Positions 1 through 9,635 of a stretch of 64,000 bases of DNA are shown here, piece by piece (the first letter of the stretch is position 1; each line of letters starts with the position of its first letter). Origin of the DNA: Dehalococcoidia bacterium (GTDB taxonomy: Bacteria; Chloroflexota; Dehalococcoidia; DSTF01; WHTK01); assembly GCA_965247485.1 (NCBI GenBank), contig OZ252017.1, positions 771,192 to 835,191 of the forward strand, given 5' to 3'. Under the pieces are notes generated by a model. That model was not told where the DNA came from. It worked only from the letters and a program-made list of their open reading frames with translations, and did no database searches. The position numbers and the translations under genes are program-made.

Positions 1-111
1 ATTGGGTGAGAAGGTCGCCATAGTAGCGCCCATGTCATGGTTATTCTCAACGTCATAGTGGGCTTTAAGCAGGCGTCTGCGTCGGGCCTTCTCGCTATCT
101 GTAATGGGCAT
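1..111 (-). CDS. hypothetical protein, N-terminal 37 codons only; gene runs off window start
   Basis: ATG at 111 (revcomp). AGGAGG sits 7 nt upstream (complement of 119-124). Frame is open to position 1: MPITDSEKARRRRLLKAHYDVENNHDMGATMATFSPN. Absent from the ORF track because there is no stop in the window. Confidence 0.45.
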   Translation of the reverse strand, partial: MPITDSEKARRRRLLKAHYDVENNHDMGATMATFSPN

Positions 112-261
112 GGGTCATCCTCCTGGTTGTCGCTCTCAGCCGTTCCAAAAGCCGGACTTGTTGAAATTGTGGGTCGAAAAGCCAGCTGGACGGCGGCGAC
201 CGCGCCCTTCCAACGAAGTCGAAATTTCCGGAGTCAAGCATAGATGGATTCTCCGTCTACT

Positions 262-1254
262 CTAAGTTCTGTTCGTTTCCTCGGCAGCAATCGCTGTGAG
301 CCTCTGAGGCAGTGCCAGCGGTTCTTTCAGCTCTAGCTCTAGCAGACTGCTATCGTCATCCTCATTTGCATGCGAGTCGCGTGCCGGCATGAATCTGGCA
401 ACGATCAGTACTCCGACGGCCGAGAACCCGGAGCCAATCAGCATCGCCAGACCTAGCGCATCCGAGAAAGCTGACTTTGCAGCGGTGGCCAGGGCGAGCG
501 CGTCCTCTTGCGGCAGCGACGCCGCCAGCTGAACTGCCGCCCCGATTGAATCCCGTACTACCTCCGCCGCCTCGGGGGGCAGCGATGCCGTGGCGTTCCC
601 GAGCCTGGCGACGTAAATCGCATACATCACTGATCTGACCACGGCTATGCTGAGCGCGCTCGCCAGCATCTGGGTCACGTCGTTCATGGCTGACCCAACT
701 CCCGCCTTCGCTGCCCCAACCGCGCCCATGACCGCTTCGGCTGACGGAGCGAAAACCAAACCCACACCAAGCGCGAATACGGCCACAATAGGCCCGACGA
801 CCAGGTAGGAAGTGTCCGTCTCCCAGAGGAGTACCAGCGGCATAATGCCAGTCATGATTGTCAGTCCAGCCGCCGCAACTCTGGTGGTGCCGAAGCGGCG
901 CACCAACTCCTCACTGGCCTTGGCACCGAACATGAAGCCTGCCGCTATCGGTAGGAATCGAATCCCCGCGGCAAGCGGACTGTATCCCTGTACGAACTGG
1001 AGGTACTGCGTGAAACCGAAAATGAAGCCGGTAATCGAGAAGAACGCTAGACTTATTGCGGCTGCTCCGGTCGAAAACCGCGGCAGCCGGAACAACGCAA
1101 AGTCCAGCAACGGGTATGGGGCGTGCCTCTCCCGGATGACGAAGCCCAGGCCCAAGACAACAGCCGTGGTTGCAGTAGCCAAGAGCCGTGGAGACGTGAT
1201 ACCCCAGTTGGGACCTTCGATGATCGCCAGGATCAGGGCAGAGATCGCCCCCAT
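262..1254 (-). CDS. MFS transporter, DHA2/EmrB-like; only the C-terminal 8-TM half is present (truncated gene or pseudogene)
   Basis: 330-aa ORF with about 8 hydrophobic helices. It starts in the central-loop region typical of 14-TMS drug:H+ antiporters. The frame is open only to 1353 upstream, leaving no room for an N-terminal half before tetR at 1443. Confidence 0.5.
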   Translation of the reverse strand: MGAISALILAIIEGPNWGITSPRLLATATTAVVLGLGFVIRERHAPYPLLDFALFRLPRFSTGAAAISLAFFSITGFIFGFTQYLQFVQGYSPLAAGIRFLPIAAGFMFGAKASEELVRRFGTTRVAAAGLTIMTGIMPLVLLWETDTSYLVVGPIVAVFALGVGLVFAPSAEAVMGAVGAAKAGVGSAMNDVTQMLASALSIAVVRSVMYAIYVARLGNATASLPPEAAEVVRDSIGAAVQLAASLPQEDALALATAAKSAFSDALGLAMLIGSGFSAVGVLIVARFMPARDSHANEDDDSSLLELELKEPLALPQRLTAIAAEETNRT

Positions 1255-1403
1255 CGAAAGAAGTGCGCCTGGAATATCTGCGTTATGGGCTGGCGGTGTT
1301 CGCCCTGTCTTCGCTTGGCGAGCTCTTGATTGTTTAACCTGGGCTCGTTTCCCTCAGTTGTTCTCATCAGACTGTCTCCTTTCTCGGCAAGTCATTGAAG
1401 CTA

Positions 1404-1420
1404 TGACTGACTGTCAGTCA
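1404..1420. promoter_or_regulatory. palindromic operator-like site TGACTGAC-T-GTCAGTCA between tetR 3' end and the MFS gene
   Basis: 17-bp perfect palindrome. It shares the half-site TGACTGA with the site at 2088-2106. Confidence 0.5.
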
Positions 1421-1442
1421 GACTCCTGCAAAAAAAACAAAC

Positions 1443-2051
1443 CTAGCCGGCTCTTCGTCTTAGCGCATTCAGAAGCAGCGCGGAAACACCTTGCTCAAGC
1501 TGGTCCGACTCCCCCCCCTCACCAAAGACAAACGCCTCGATCATGGCGTGCTGCAGCAGGCCAATTGCCAGCCGAGCCGCGATCTCTGGATCCATCGCTT
1601 CCATCTCCCCCGCCTCGACCGCATCCCTGAAGAGAGCCGTAATAACTCTCAAGATCAGGGCGTGCTCCGGGGACTGGCTGTGCAACTCCGGTTGTGTTTC
1701 GTCAGCTCCTATGAACGCCAGCCTAAAAAGGTCAGTATTCTTTCGAGCTACCTTGAAGGCTGCTGCGATAAACGATTCGAGCCGGTCCTCAAAGGACGTG
1801 CGCGATTCCATAGCGGTTGCCCCTGCCTGGGCCATGGTCTCCATCAGCTCGGCGCGCAGCGACAAGGCAACGTCCCTCTTCGACGGGAAGTAGAGATAGA
1901 AAGTCCCTTGGGCCACCCCTGCCTCACGCACTATCTCAGAGACACTCGCTCCGTCGTATCCTTTTGCCTGAAACACCTTTCGAGCCGCTCGGAGTAGCTG
2001 TGCCTGTCGTACTGGTTCGCTTTCGGTCCTTCTTGCCCCGCTCGAAGTCAC
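1443..2051 (-). CDS. TetR/AcrR family transcriptional regulator
   Basis: N-terminal HTH signature SVSEIVREAGVAQGTFYLYFPSKRDV. GTG start. 202 aa. Confidence 0.85.
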   Translation of the reverse strand: MTSSGARRTESEPVRQAQLLRAARKVFQAKGYDGASVSEIVREAGVAQGTFYLYFPSKRDVALSLRAELMETMAQAGATAMESRTSFEDRLESFIAAAFKVARKNTDLFRLAFIGADETQPELHSQSPEHALILRVITALFRDAVEAGEMEAMDPEIAARLAIGLLQHAMIEAFVFGEGGESDQLEQGVSALLLNALRRRAG

Positions 2052-2087
2052 CGCGTTTCCCCCTCATTAGTAGATGCTCTCCAGACT

Positions 2088-2106
2088 ATGACTGAATGTC
2101 AGTCAT
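2088..2106. promoter_or_regulatory. palindromic operator-like site ATGACTGA-ATG-TCAGTCAT upstream of tetR
   Basis: 8-bp inverted arms about 37 nt upstream of the tetR start. Same half-site as 1404-1420, fitting TetR autoregulation and efflux control. Confidence 0.5.
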
Positions 2107-2170
2107 CTGTCAAGTAGCTTCTCGTGGCTCTCTCGAATTCCTAACCTGCTCTTCCCCTGAAGTCGGCTAA

Positions 2171-3146
2171 TATGGGGGACGTCGGATACAGGAAATTCTG
2201 TTCTTAGCTGTCTCGCTCGAATCTCAGAGGAAGAGGCCAGTCCTGCTTGAGCTTCAAGGTCTACGAAAGCGTTATGAGAACGTGGTTGCCCTGGACGATT
2301 GCAGCTTTAGCGTCGGCCCGGGCCGCGTGCTCGGCTTCCTGGGCCAAAACGGAGCCGGCAAGACCACAGCTATGCGTAGCATCTTCGGCCTAGTCCAGCT
2401 CGACGCCGGCGTCACTCGTTGGGACGGTGAGCTCGTAGACCGTGAGGCGCGCCTCCACTTTGGTTACATGCCCGAAGAAAGAGGGCTCTACCCCAGGATG
2501 AGCGTCCAGGACGAGCTGACCTACTTCGGCCAGCTCAGAGGCCTGGATGCACCAACGGCCACCCGGCAGTGCGACCGCTGGATCGACCGGCTCGACCTCA
2601 GCGAGCGCCGCGACTCGCTCGTCGGTGATCTATCGCACGGTAATCAGCAGAAGGTCCATCTGGGCGTTTCGCTGATCGGCGATCCGGAACTCCTCGTGCT
2701 CGACGAGCCCTTCTCCGGCCTCGACCCGATTGCTGTCGAAGTGCTCTCCTCCGTAATACGCGACGCTGCCGCTGGCGGCGCCGCAGTGGTCTTCTCCAGC
2801 CACCAACTCGAACTCGTCGGCGGACATCGCCATCATCACAGGCGGTCACGTCGTCCTCAGCGGCGCCCTAGACGAGATCAGACGCAACACCCCAACCCGC
2901 ATGGTCTTCCTCCGTCTGGACCACGCCGCCGAGTCCCTGTGGGCGCGACGCCTGACGGATAGTCTTGATGGCGGCAGCCTGCAAGAGAGCACTCCGGACT
3001 ATGCCGAACTCAGCGTCGCGGCCGCCACTAGACCTGCCGATATCCTCGCCGGCCTCGGCGACCTCGCATCGCGGGTCATCGAGTTCCGCCTTGAGCCTCC
3101 CGGCCTTGAAGAAATCTCCCGACGGGCCGTAGGAGAGCCGCAATGA
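2171..3146 (+). pseudogene. ABC transporter ATP-binding protein (ABC-2 type), frameshifted
   Basis: Walker A GQNGAGKTT, LSHGNQQKV signature and Walker B LLVLDEP in one frame. The C-terminal part (ADIAIITGGHVVLSGALDEI...EFRLEPPGLEEI) is in another frame, with the shift near 2830. The N-terminal frame is open from 2171 with no canonical start. Confidence 0.6.
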
Positions 3147-4333
3147 GGTCGTTGTTCCTGATCGTCAGGCGTGAGCTGCAGGAGCGGGTGCGCAGCAAAC
3201 CCTTCCGCCTCTTCACCGCCGGGCTCTTCGTCGTTGTCCTCGGTGCTGTCGTCGCCATAGACAAGGCTCCCGAGCTGTTCGGTAAGAGCATCTTGACCCT
3301 CGGCATTTCATCCTCGGCCCCTGAGACTCTCAAGACCGCCATTGAAGAGCTGTCCTTGATCGAAGACATCGAGGTCGACCTCGTCCCCTACGAAAGCGTT
3401 GAAAAGGCCGAAAGACTGTTGCAGACGGACGAACTCGACGCCTTGCTCGCGGACGATCGCCTGACTTACGCCAGCGGCGCTAACACGACCCTTTCAGCCG
3501 TCGTTAACCGCGCCGTCTTCGCAACCGACCTGGTCCAGCGTCTGAATGATCTGGGCCTCAGTGACCAGGAAAGGCAGGAGGTACTCACCCCACGCCCGAT
3601 CGAGGTTGTGGTGCTGGCGCCAGGCGCAGCAGACGAAGACGAGAGGCAGTTCATCGGATTCATTGCCGCCCTGGCACTCTTCATGACCATCACTTTTTAC
3701 GGCAACTGGATCCTCACCGGCACTGTCGAGGAGAAGTCGTCCCGCGTCGTTGAAGTGCTTCTCGGCCTCGTGCACCCACACGAACTGCTAACCGGCAAGA
3801 CACTCGGCATCCTGATAGTGGCCGTGGCCCAGCTTGCAGTAGCCATCGCCGGCGCCGTGGCCGGCCTGATCGTCATCGGCACCGGCTCGTTACCATCTGT
3901 CGCTTTGGACGTGGTGCTGGTTGCCGTGCCCCTCTATATGCTCGGCCTGCTGCTCTTTAGCCTGTGCTACGCTGCGGCCGGCGCAATAGGTTCGCGGCAG
4001 GCGGACGCTGAGGCCGCGGCCCTACCACTTACCATAGGGTTGCTGGTCCCTTTTATGTTCGCGAACATCTTCGTGCCCGATAACCCCGACGGCGCGGCAG
4101 CCACGGTCCTGTCCATCTTCCCGTTCAGCGCACCCCTGGTCATGCCAATGCGCGTTGCTATAGGTAGTCCTTCAGCCTTCGAACTCGTCGCCTGCTTTGC
4201 GCTCTTAGTGCCGGCCATCCTGCTCGCGGCCGTCATCGGCGGTCGTATCTACTCCGGCGTCATCCTCAGCGGCGGCAGACAGAGCATCAGGAACATCATC
4301 TCCATCATCCTCCGCCCTAATTCGGCCGCCTAG
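3143..4333 (+). CDS. ABC-2 family transporter permease
   Basis: 396 aa. Start overlaps the ATPase stop (ATGA). Basic N-terminus then 6 TM helices typical of ABC-2 permeases. Confidence 0.7.
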   Translation: MRSLFLIVRRELQERVRSKPFRLFTAGLFVVVLGAVVAIDKAPELFGKSILTLGISSSAPETLKTAIEELSLIEDIEVDLVPYESVEKAERLLQTDELDALLADDRLTYASGANTTLSAVVNRAVFATDLVQRLNDLGLSDQERQEVLTPRPIEVVVLAPGAADEDERQFIGFIAALALFMTITFYGNWILTGTVEEKSSRVVEVLLGLVHPHELLTGKTLGILIVAVAQLAVAIAGAVAGLIVIGTGSLPSVALDVVLVAVPLYMLGLLLFSLCYAAAGAIGSRQADAEAAALPLTIGLLVPFMFANIFVPDNPDGAAATVLSIFPFSAPLVMPMRVAIGSPSAFELVACFALLVPAILLAAVIGGRIYSGVILSGGRQSIRNIISIILRPNSAA

Positions 4334-4481
4334 GCACCCACGAGGACTTACGGACCAATCGCTTTGCGCGCCGTTCAACAGGCATCGAGTAAGTAGGTTA
4401 AGTTGTCTCGGCACGAAACCTTCAGCGCTAAAATGTCCTCGCTCAGGCGACCGCGAAGAGGCTCGCACTCGCAACCGAAAA

Positions 4482-4500
4482 GCCGCCGCCCGGCGGCGTT
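4482..4500 (+). terminator. GC hairpin (GCCGCCG-cc-CGGCGGC) plus short T tract after the ABC permease
   Basis: 7-bp GC stem followed by GTTTG. T tract is weak. Confidence 0.3.
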
Positions 4501-4534
4501 TGAAACGGCTTGAGGGCCTATACTGACCCAAGCG

Positions 4535-5812
4535 ATGAACATCCTCAGCGTCTCTCAAGCCATCGCTTATCTGCGCGAGCTGCTCGAAACCGACATCGTT
4601 CTCGGCGACATCTGGATCTCCGGCGAAGTCTCCGGCCCCCGCACTCAGCCCTCCGGCCACACCTACTTCACTCTCAAGGACCCCGACGCCCAGCTGCGTG
4701 GCGTCATGTTTCGTTCCGCCCACATCAAACAACGCACCGCCGCTGAGCACCTGGCCCAGGGCACGCAGGTTATCGTCCACGGCCACCTAACGATTTATGA
4801 GGCGCGCGGTGAACTGCAAATCGTCGTCGATTTTGTCCAGCCGGAAGGAGTTGGCCTGCGACAGGCGCAGTTCGAGCGCCTGCGTCAGCAACTGGAGGAG
4901 GAAGGCCTGTTCGATGCGACACGCAAGCGGCCCCTGCCCGAAATCCCTCAGCGAATTGGCGTCGTCACTTCCCCGGCCGGCGCCGTGCTGCACGACATTA
5001 CCAACGTCCTCGAGCGGCGCTGGCCCCTGGCCGAGTTGGTCCTGGCGCCAACCCCGGTACAGGGTCCCAACTCGATCGCCGGTGTCGTCGGCGCCATCGA
5101 ATCGCTCAACCAGGAGGGCAATATCGACCTGATCATCGTCGCCCGCGGCGGCGGTTCGATCGACGAGTTGTGGACTTTCAATGAAGAAGCGGTGGCACGC
5201 GCCGTGTTTGGCTCGATCGTACCGGTCGTCTCCGCCGTCGGCCACGAAACCGACTTTACGATTTGCGATTACGTCGCCGATCTGCGCGCCCCGACCCCAT
5301 CCGCCGCCGCTGAACTGGTGGCGCCAGACCGCACCCAGGTCCGCGCCTGGATCAGGACACGACTCACCGCCGCCAGCTCGGTCATCGACCGCAACCTGGC
5401 ACGTGGCCGCGACGGCGCCAATCTGCTGGTCGACCGCGCCGCCCGCGCCGTGGTCGATGTCAATCAGCAGCGCCAGTTGATCGATAACCTGGAACGCGGT
5501 GCCCAAACCGCAATCGCTACTCTGCAGCGTGAAAAACAAGAAGCGTTGCGCCACGGCCAAATTCAGCTCGCGGCTTTGAACCCACAAGCGACTTTGGAGC
5601 GCGGCTACGCCATCGTCCACAAGAGCGACAAGGCAGTCCGCAGCATCGCTGAGGTCAGCACCGGCGATTCCCTGGTGATCAAGGTCGCCGACGGTGGTTT
5701 CCCAGCCCGCGTCGATGCCCCCGCCACCAGACGCGTCAAGCGCACCAAACGGCCGCTGCCATCCGCAAAGCCCGAACCAGCACCCGCCGTCCAACCGCTG
5801 CTCCTACCGTGA
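4535..5812 (+). CDS. xseA: exodeoxyribonuclease VII large subunit
   Basis: N-terminal OB-fold region SVSQAIAYLRELLE...GDIWISGEVSG...HTYFTLKD. 425 aa. TATACT sits 9 nt before the ATG with no SD, so the mRNA may be leaderless. Confidence 0.85.
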   Translation: MNILSVSQAIAYLRELLETDIVLGDIWISGEVSGPRTQPSGHTYFTLKDPDAQLRGVMFRSAHIKQRTAAEHLAQGTQVIVHGHLTIYEARGELQIVVDFVQPEGVGLRQAQFERLRQQLEEEGLFDATRKRPLPEIPQRIGVVTSPAGAVLHDITNVLERRWPLAELVLAPTPVQGPNSIAGVVGAIESLNQEGNIDLIIVARGGGSIDELWTFNEEAVARAVFGSIVPVVSAVGHETDFTICDYVADLRAPTPSAAAELVAPDRTQVRAWIRTRLTAASSVIDRNLARGRDGANLLVDRAARAVVDVNQQRQLIDNLERGAQTAIATLQREKQEALRHGQIQLAALNPQATLERGYAIVHKSDKAVRSIAEVSTGDSLVIKVADGGFPARVDAPATRRVKRTKRPLPSAKPEPAPAVQPLLLP

Positions 5813-6027
5813 AGCTCTCCGCCTGCGGCTACGAGCGGTGAGTTCACGCACGCTCAGTCTGGCCGGGTTGACCGGGTCTAGCGCCAATGGTTCTGCGACG
5901 GTCGTTAGCCGCCAGGCGGAGACCTTCAGAGTCGTAGCCGCCAGGCGGAGAGCTTCAGAGTAGGCGGAGACCTTTAGAGTCGACCCGGCCCTGAACTCAC
6001 CGCTCGTAGCCGCAGGCGGAGAGCTTC
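5811..6027. repeat. 217-bp inverted-repeat element: perfect 35-bp terminal IRs enclosing three to four direct copies of GGCGGAGA(C/G)CTT(C/T)AGAGT
   Basis: 5811-5845 is the exact reverse complement of 5993-6027. Direct repeats lie at about 5915, 5944, 5963 and 6015. The element fills the whole convergent gap between the xseA stop (5812) and the otsA stop (6026). Confidence 0.6.
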
Positions 6028-7494
6028 AGAGTAACGGAGAGTTCTGATCGATGTCATCGATTAGCGCCCTGAGCCAGGCGCCCAGATCGTGCTCCCGCAC
6101 CGCCTCGCGCAACTGACGCGCTCTTTCGCGGCGCTCATCCGGCGCCATGGTCAGCGCCAAATACAGCGCGTTGGCCGTCTCCTGCACATCCTCGGGATCG
6201 ATGCCAATCGAGCCGGCGCCGAGGTCGGCGTAGGCGCCGGCGGTCTTTGATAACACCAGCACGCCATCGCGACGGTTTAGAGTCGGGCCTTCCTTTGCCA
6301 CCAGGTTCATGCCGTCCGCCAACGAGTTCACCAGCATCACGTCATAGAGCGACATCGCCGCCAGCGCCTGGGTACGGTTGTTTTCGTAGAAGACCTGGAT
6401 CGGCTGCCAATGCCGCCGGCTAAAGCGCGCGTTGATCGCATCGATCTGCGCGTGAGTCTCGTCCTGGTAGCGCCGATATGATTCAATCTCCGCTTTTGAT
6501 GGGACTAGCAGGGCGAGAAAATTCACCTTTCCCAAAAGCTCAGGGTGATCTTCCAGCAGGCATTCGTAGGCTTCAAAGCCTCGAATCACGTTCTTGGTCG
6601 GGTCCAGCCGATCGACCCGGATAATCGTCTTTTCACCCGGGTTTGGCCCCAGCAAATAGCGATACTCAGAGAACTCGGTCGATTCCGCCTCCGCCTCCAG
6701 CTCCGCCGAGATCCCGTTAGCCCAAACCCGAGTCTTGCGCCTGCCGGCGCCGGCCAAGCTCACGCTGCCCGCTTCTCGATCCACCGTGGCATCCGGCAAG
6801 AACTTCTCGCAGGTGGCCAGGAAATTGACCTGCGAATCGCGAGTCTGGAAAACCAGGCTGTCGTTGCCCAGCAGCCCCTGGCAAATCGACGCCATCAACG
6901 CCGCGTCCAACCGCGACCACTCTGCCGGCCCAGGCCAGGGAATATGAATAAAATGCTGCAGGTAGACCGCCCGGCCGGCTTTCACGCACCATCTCTGGCA
7001 GCAGGTAGAAGTGTTGTCGTGCAACATCACGGCACGGTATTCGCCGCTGTCGATTTCAGTGATCACGGCATCGGCGATCGCCTGATTAATCGGTGTGTAG
7101 CCGTTCTGCCACGAATCGGCGATGGCTGCCGGCTCAAGCTCATCCGGCCAGGGCTGACCGTGCTGCAAAACCAGAGAACCTCATTTGAAAAGGTGCCGTA
7201 GAACAGGTCGTAATGATCCGGGTCGGTAGTGACAAAATGGGCCGGGAGCGCGTCCTCACCAAGCACAAACTCGCCGCTGGCAACCAAGCGATCCCCCGGC
7301 GTCAGCGCATTCGAGAGCCAGGTCATCGGGTAGAGCGCCGCGGCACGGCTAAGCGCCGTAGCAAGCCCGCCGGAACCCGGCACCGCAACCAGCTTGCCAG
7401 GCTCATCACCATCCTCGTCATCTTCACCGGTTTCAAAGTGAAACTCGACCGGGCCGCGATTGCTCACGGTCAACAGCCGTCGCTGCTCAGCCAT
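6026..7494 (-). pseudogene. otsA: alpha,alpha-trehalose-phosphate synthase (GT20), apparent single frameshift
   Basis: N-terminal part 7063-7494 (LLTVSNRGPVEF...FSNEVLW). C-terminal part 6026-7168 (HFIHIPWPGP...ADGMNLVAKEGP). The two are in different frames; the shift is at TGGTTTTGC near 7165. May be a sequencing error. Confidence 0.6.
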
Positions 7495-8290
7495 CGCCTG
7501 TACCCCTTTGCAGGCGCTGGCTGAGTTCGATTAGAACCTCCTCAACCCGAGCCACGCCAGCCAGCTCCAAGTCGGCAGCCCCGCTCACACTGACATGAGT
7601 CTCTGAATCGATAACAGCGATGCTCAAGCTAGCCAAGCCGGCGTCACGACGGAGCGCCAGCGCGGCAAAAACATCGATATCAGATAAATCATCGCCAAAA
7701 TAGACCGCACCCTGAATCCCGTGATTTGTCAGCAACTTGGTGATCGCAGTGCCCTTGTGCGGCAGATCGCCAGGCACGAGCTCAACCACCTGTTTGCCTT
7801 CGACAACACGGGCGCCGGTCTCGGCGTTGATTGATTCGGCGATCTTCAGCAGCCGCAGCCGTGCCGCCGCCGGGTCCGGGCTGTGACGGTAATGCAGCGA
7901 GAAGGAAACGCCCTTTTCTTCAAAGACCACCCCGGCCAGCGCCTCGACCTGTTGCAGCACTCTGTCCTTTGCCGCCTTGAGGGGCGCGTCATCAATCTTC
8001 GATTGGGCTTCAGCGTCGAGGCCGTAGTGGCCAATGTAGGTCAGCCCTTCGACACAAACCATTGAGCGGGCCACCGCCTCCGGCCGGCCGGTAATGACCG
8101 CGGCTAGGGCCAGCCGGCCAGAAATCGTGCGCAGCGCCGCTTTGATCGCGCCGCTAACGGCGGCATCCTCGGGGCGCGGCACGATTGGGCTGATTGTGCC
8201 GTCGATATCGGTAATAAGCGCGGCCGGGGTTTGAGAGAGAGTCTCTATCGCCTTGTTGACGACTAAGCTGGAGGAGTTGACTTCGGCCAC
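7487..8290 (-). CDS. otsB: trehalose-phosphate phosphatase (HAD-IIB)
   Basis: DIDGTISPIV motif (DxDGT). HAD signatures. Overlaps the otsA start, giving an otsBA operon. Confidence 0.75.
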   Translation of the reverse strand: MAEVNSSSLVVNKAIETLSQTPAALITDIDGTISPIVPRPEDAAVSGAIKAALRTISGRLALAAVITGRPEAVARSMVCVEGLTYIGHYGLDAEAQSKIDDAPLKAAKDRVLQQVEALAGVVFEEKGVSFSLHYRHSPDPAAARLRLLKIAESINAETGARVVEGKQVVELVPGDLPHKGTAITKLLTNHGIQGAVYFGDDLSDIDVFAALALRRDAGLASLSIAVIDSETHVSVSGAADLELAGVARVEEVLIELSQRLQRGTGDG

Positions 8291-8435
8291 CTGTCAACCA
8301 CCTTCGCCAGGCAAGGCGCTCGCGCTGCACCAAGTTTCAAACCGCGCGGTGCCCGAGCTGGGAGGTTCTTCGGCATTCACAGAAGGGTCCCTCAGAAAGC
8401 ATCTGGCTCCGCGGCAGATCCAGCTAGCAGGCGGG

Positions 8436-8477
8436 GCGGGATATCCCGCCGTGTAGCCTAGCGGACCCGTCCGCTAG
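8436..8477. promoter_or_regulatory. two adjacent perfect palindromes (GCGGGATATCCCGC; CTAGCGGACCCGTCCGCTAG) in the divergent otsB / 8624 intergenic region
   Basis: Seen directly. Candidate operator pair. Function unknown. Confidence 0.35.
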
Positions 8478-8623
8478 GCGGCTCCTGATTCTATCATCTG
8501 CAACGGTGAGTGGACCCCAGCCAAAGCTCGGTCAGACTTAGAAAACCTGGCGGGGCCTGGCAAAGCCCGATATAAAGTTCCTCTTTATTCTCTAAATCAG
8601 CGGCTAGCTATAATTCAGCCAAC

Positions 8624-9544
8624 ATGCCGACGCTTCAGATAATCGCCACCCGGCCCCTCACCGGCAAAACGGCGCTCGCCGCCGGCCTCGCGCGCGGTTT
8701 GGCGGCAAAGGCGGCGGTCAACTTGGTTCGCGCAGGTGAGCCTGCCGATTCAGCGGCAGCGCCAGCCGACGCCGTCACATTTGCCGGCTTCCTGTTCGCC
8801 AACTCCCCGGGACAGCCCGTGGCATCTCGCTCGATCAAAGCCGGCGCCGAAAACGAAGTCACGCTGATCGAACTCGACGCCAGCGCCGAGCCTGCAGCAG
8901 AACTGCCGGCGTTGCTGGTGGTGCGGGGCGCGATGTCGGCCGAGGACGCGGCCCTGGGCAAAGGGCTGGGCGACAGGCTTTTGGGCACTATCGCCACCAA
9001 CCTGCTCGAAAGCCAAACCGAGGCCGTGGCACGCGACCTGACCAACGCTGGTCTGAGGCCCCTGGCGCTAATCCCGGAGGACCGAGCCTTGGCGGCACCC
9101 TGCGTTGCCGAGCTCCAAGAGATCCTCGAGGCCAGCCTGCTCTACGAGGGAGAAAACGGCCTTCTTGAAATCGTCGAAGACGTGTTGGTCGGTCCGGTTT
9201 TTGCCGACCCGGCCCAGCCCCACTTCCAGCGTTTCGACTCCAAGGCGGTCCTGGCGCCGTTCCGCAAGGCCGACCTGCACCTGGCAGCGATCGAAACTCA
9301 GGCCGCCTGCCTGATCATCACAGGTGGCGGCCAACCTAGCCCCTACGTCATCGACCGCGCCCAGGGCGAGAACACAACCGTGCTGCTAACCGAAGAAGAT
9401 ACGCCGGCGACAATCGCCGCGCTCAGCGACGTCTGGCTCACAAGCCGCTTCCGGGGCGAAAGCAAGGTGGAGGCGATCTTTAACCGGCTCAGCGGCCGGC
9501 TCGACTTCTCCAGCCTCCTAAAAAAACTCGGTTTTAGTTCTTAG
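8624..9544 (+). CDS. phosphotransacetylase N-terminal-like protein (AAA_26-like plus DRTGG domain), no catalytic Pta domain
   Basis: N-terminus MPTLQIIATRPLTGKTALAAGLARGL resembles the Pta/CobQ-like nucleotide-binding fold. CLIITGGGQPSPYVIDRA...TVLLTEEDT resembles a DRTGG domain. Confidence 0.45.
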   Translation: MPTLQIIATRPLTGKTALAAGLARGLAAKAAVNLVRAGEPADSAAAPADAVTFAGFLFANSPGQPVASRSIKAGAENEVTLIELDASAEPAAELPALLVVRGAMSAEDAALGKGLGDRLLGTIATNLLESQTEAVARDLTNAGLRPLALIPEDRALAAPCVAELQEILEASLLYEGENGLLEIVEDVLVGPVFADPAQPHFQRFDSKAVLAPFRKADLHLAAIETQAACLIITGGGQPSPYVIDRAQGENTTVLLTEEDTPATIAALSDVWLTSRFRGESKVEAIFNRLSGRLDFSSLLKKLGFSS

Positions 9545-9635
9545 CCGTCGCCTTTGGCGACGGCCGATCGCTGCGGGTGATGGCTATGGCCGGCAATGTC
9601 CGGGATGCCTCTCGAGGAATGGACCGTTTTAGTTG

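Noticed and set aside
37-243. 68-aa + strand ORF at the window start
   Set aside because: Overlaps the RBS-supported minus-strand gene start at 111 and the MFS 3' end. No RBS.
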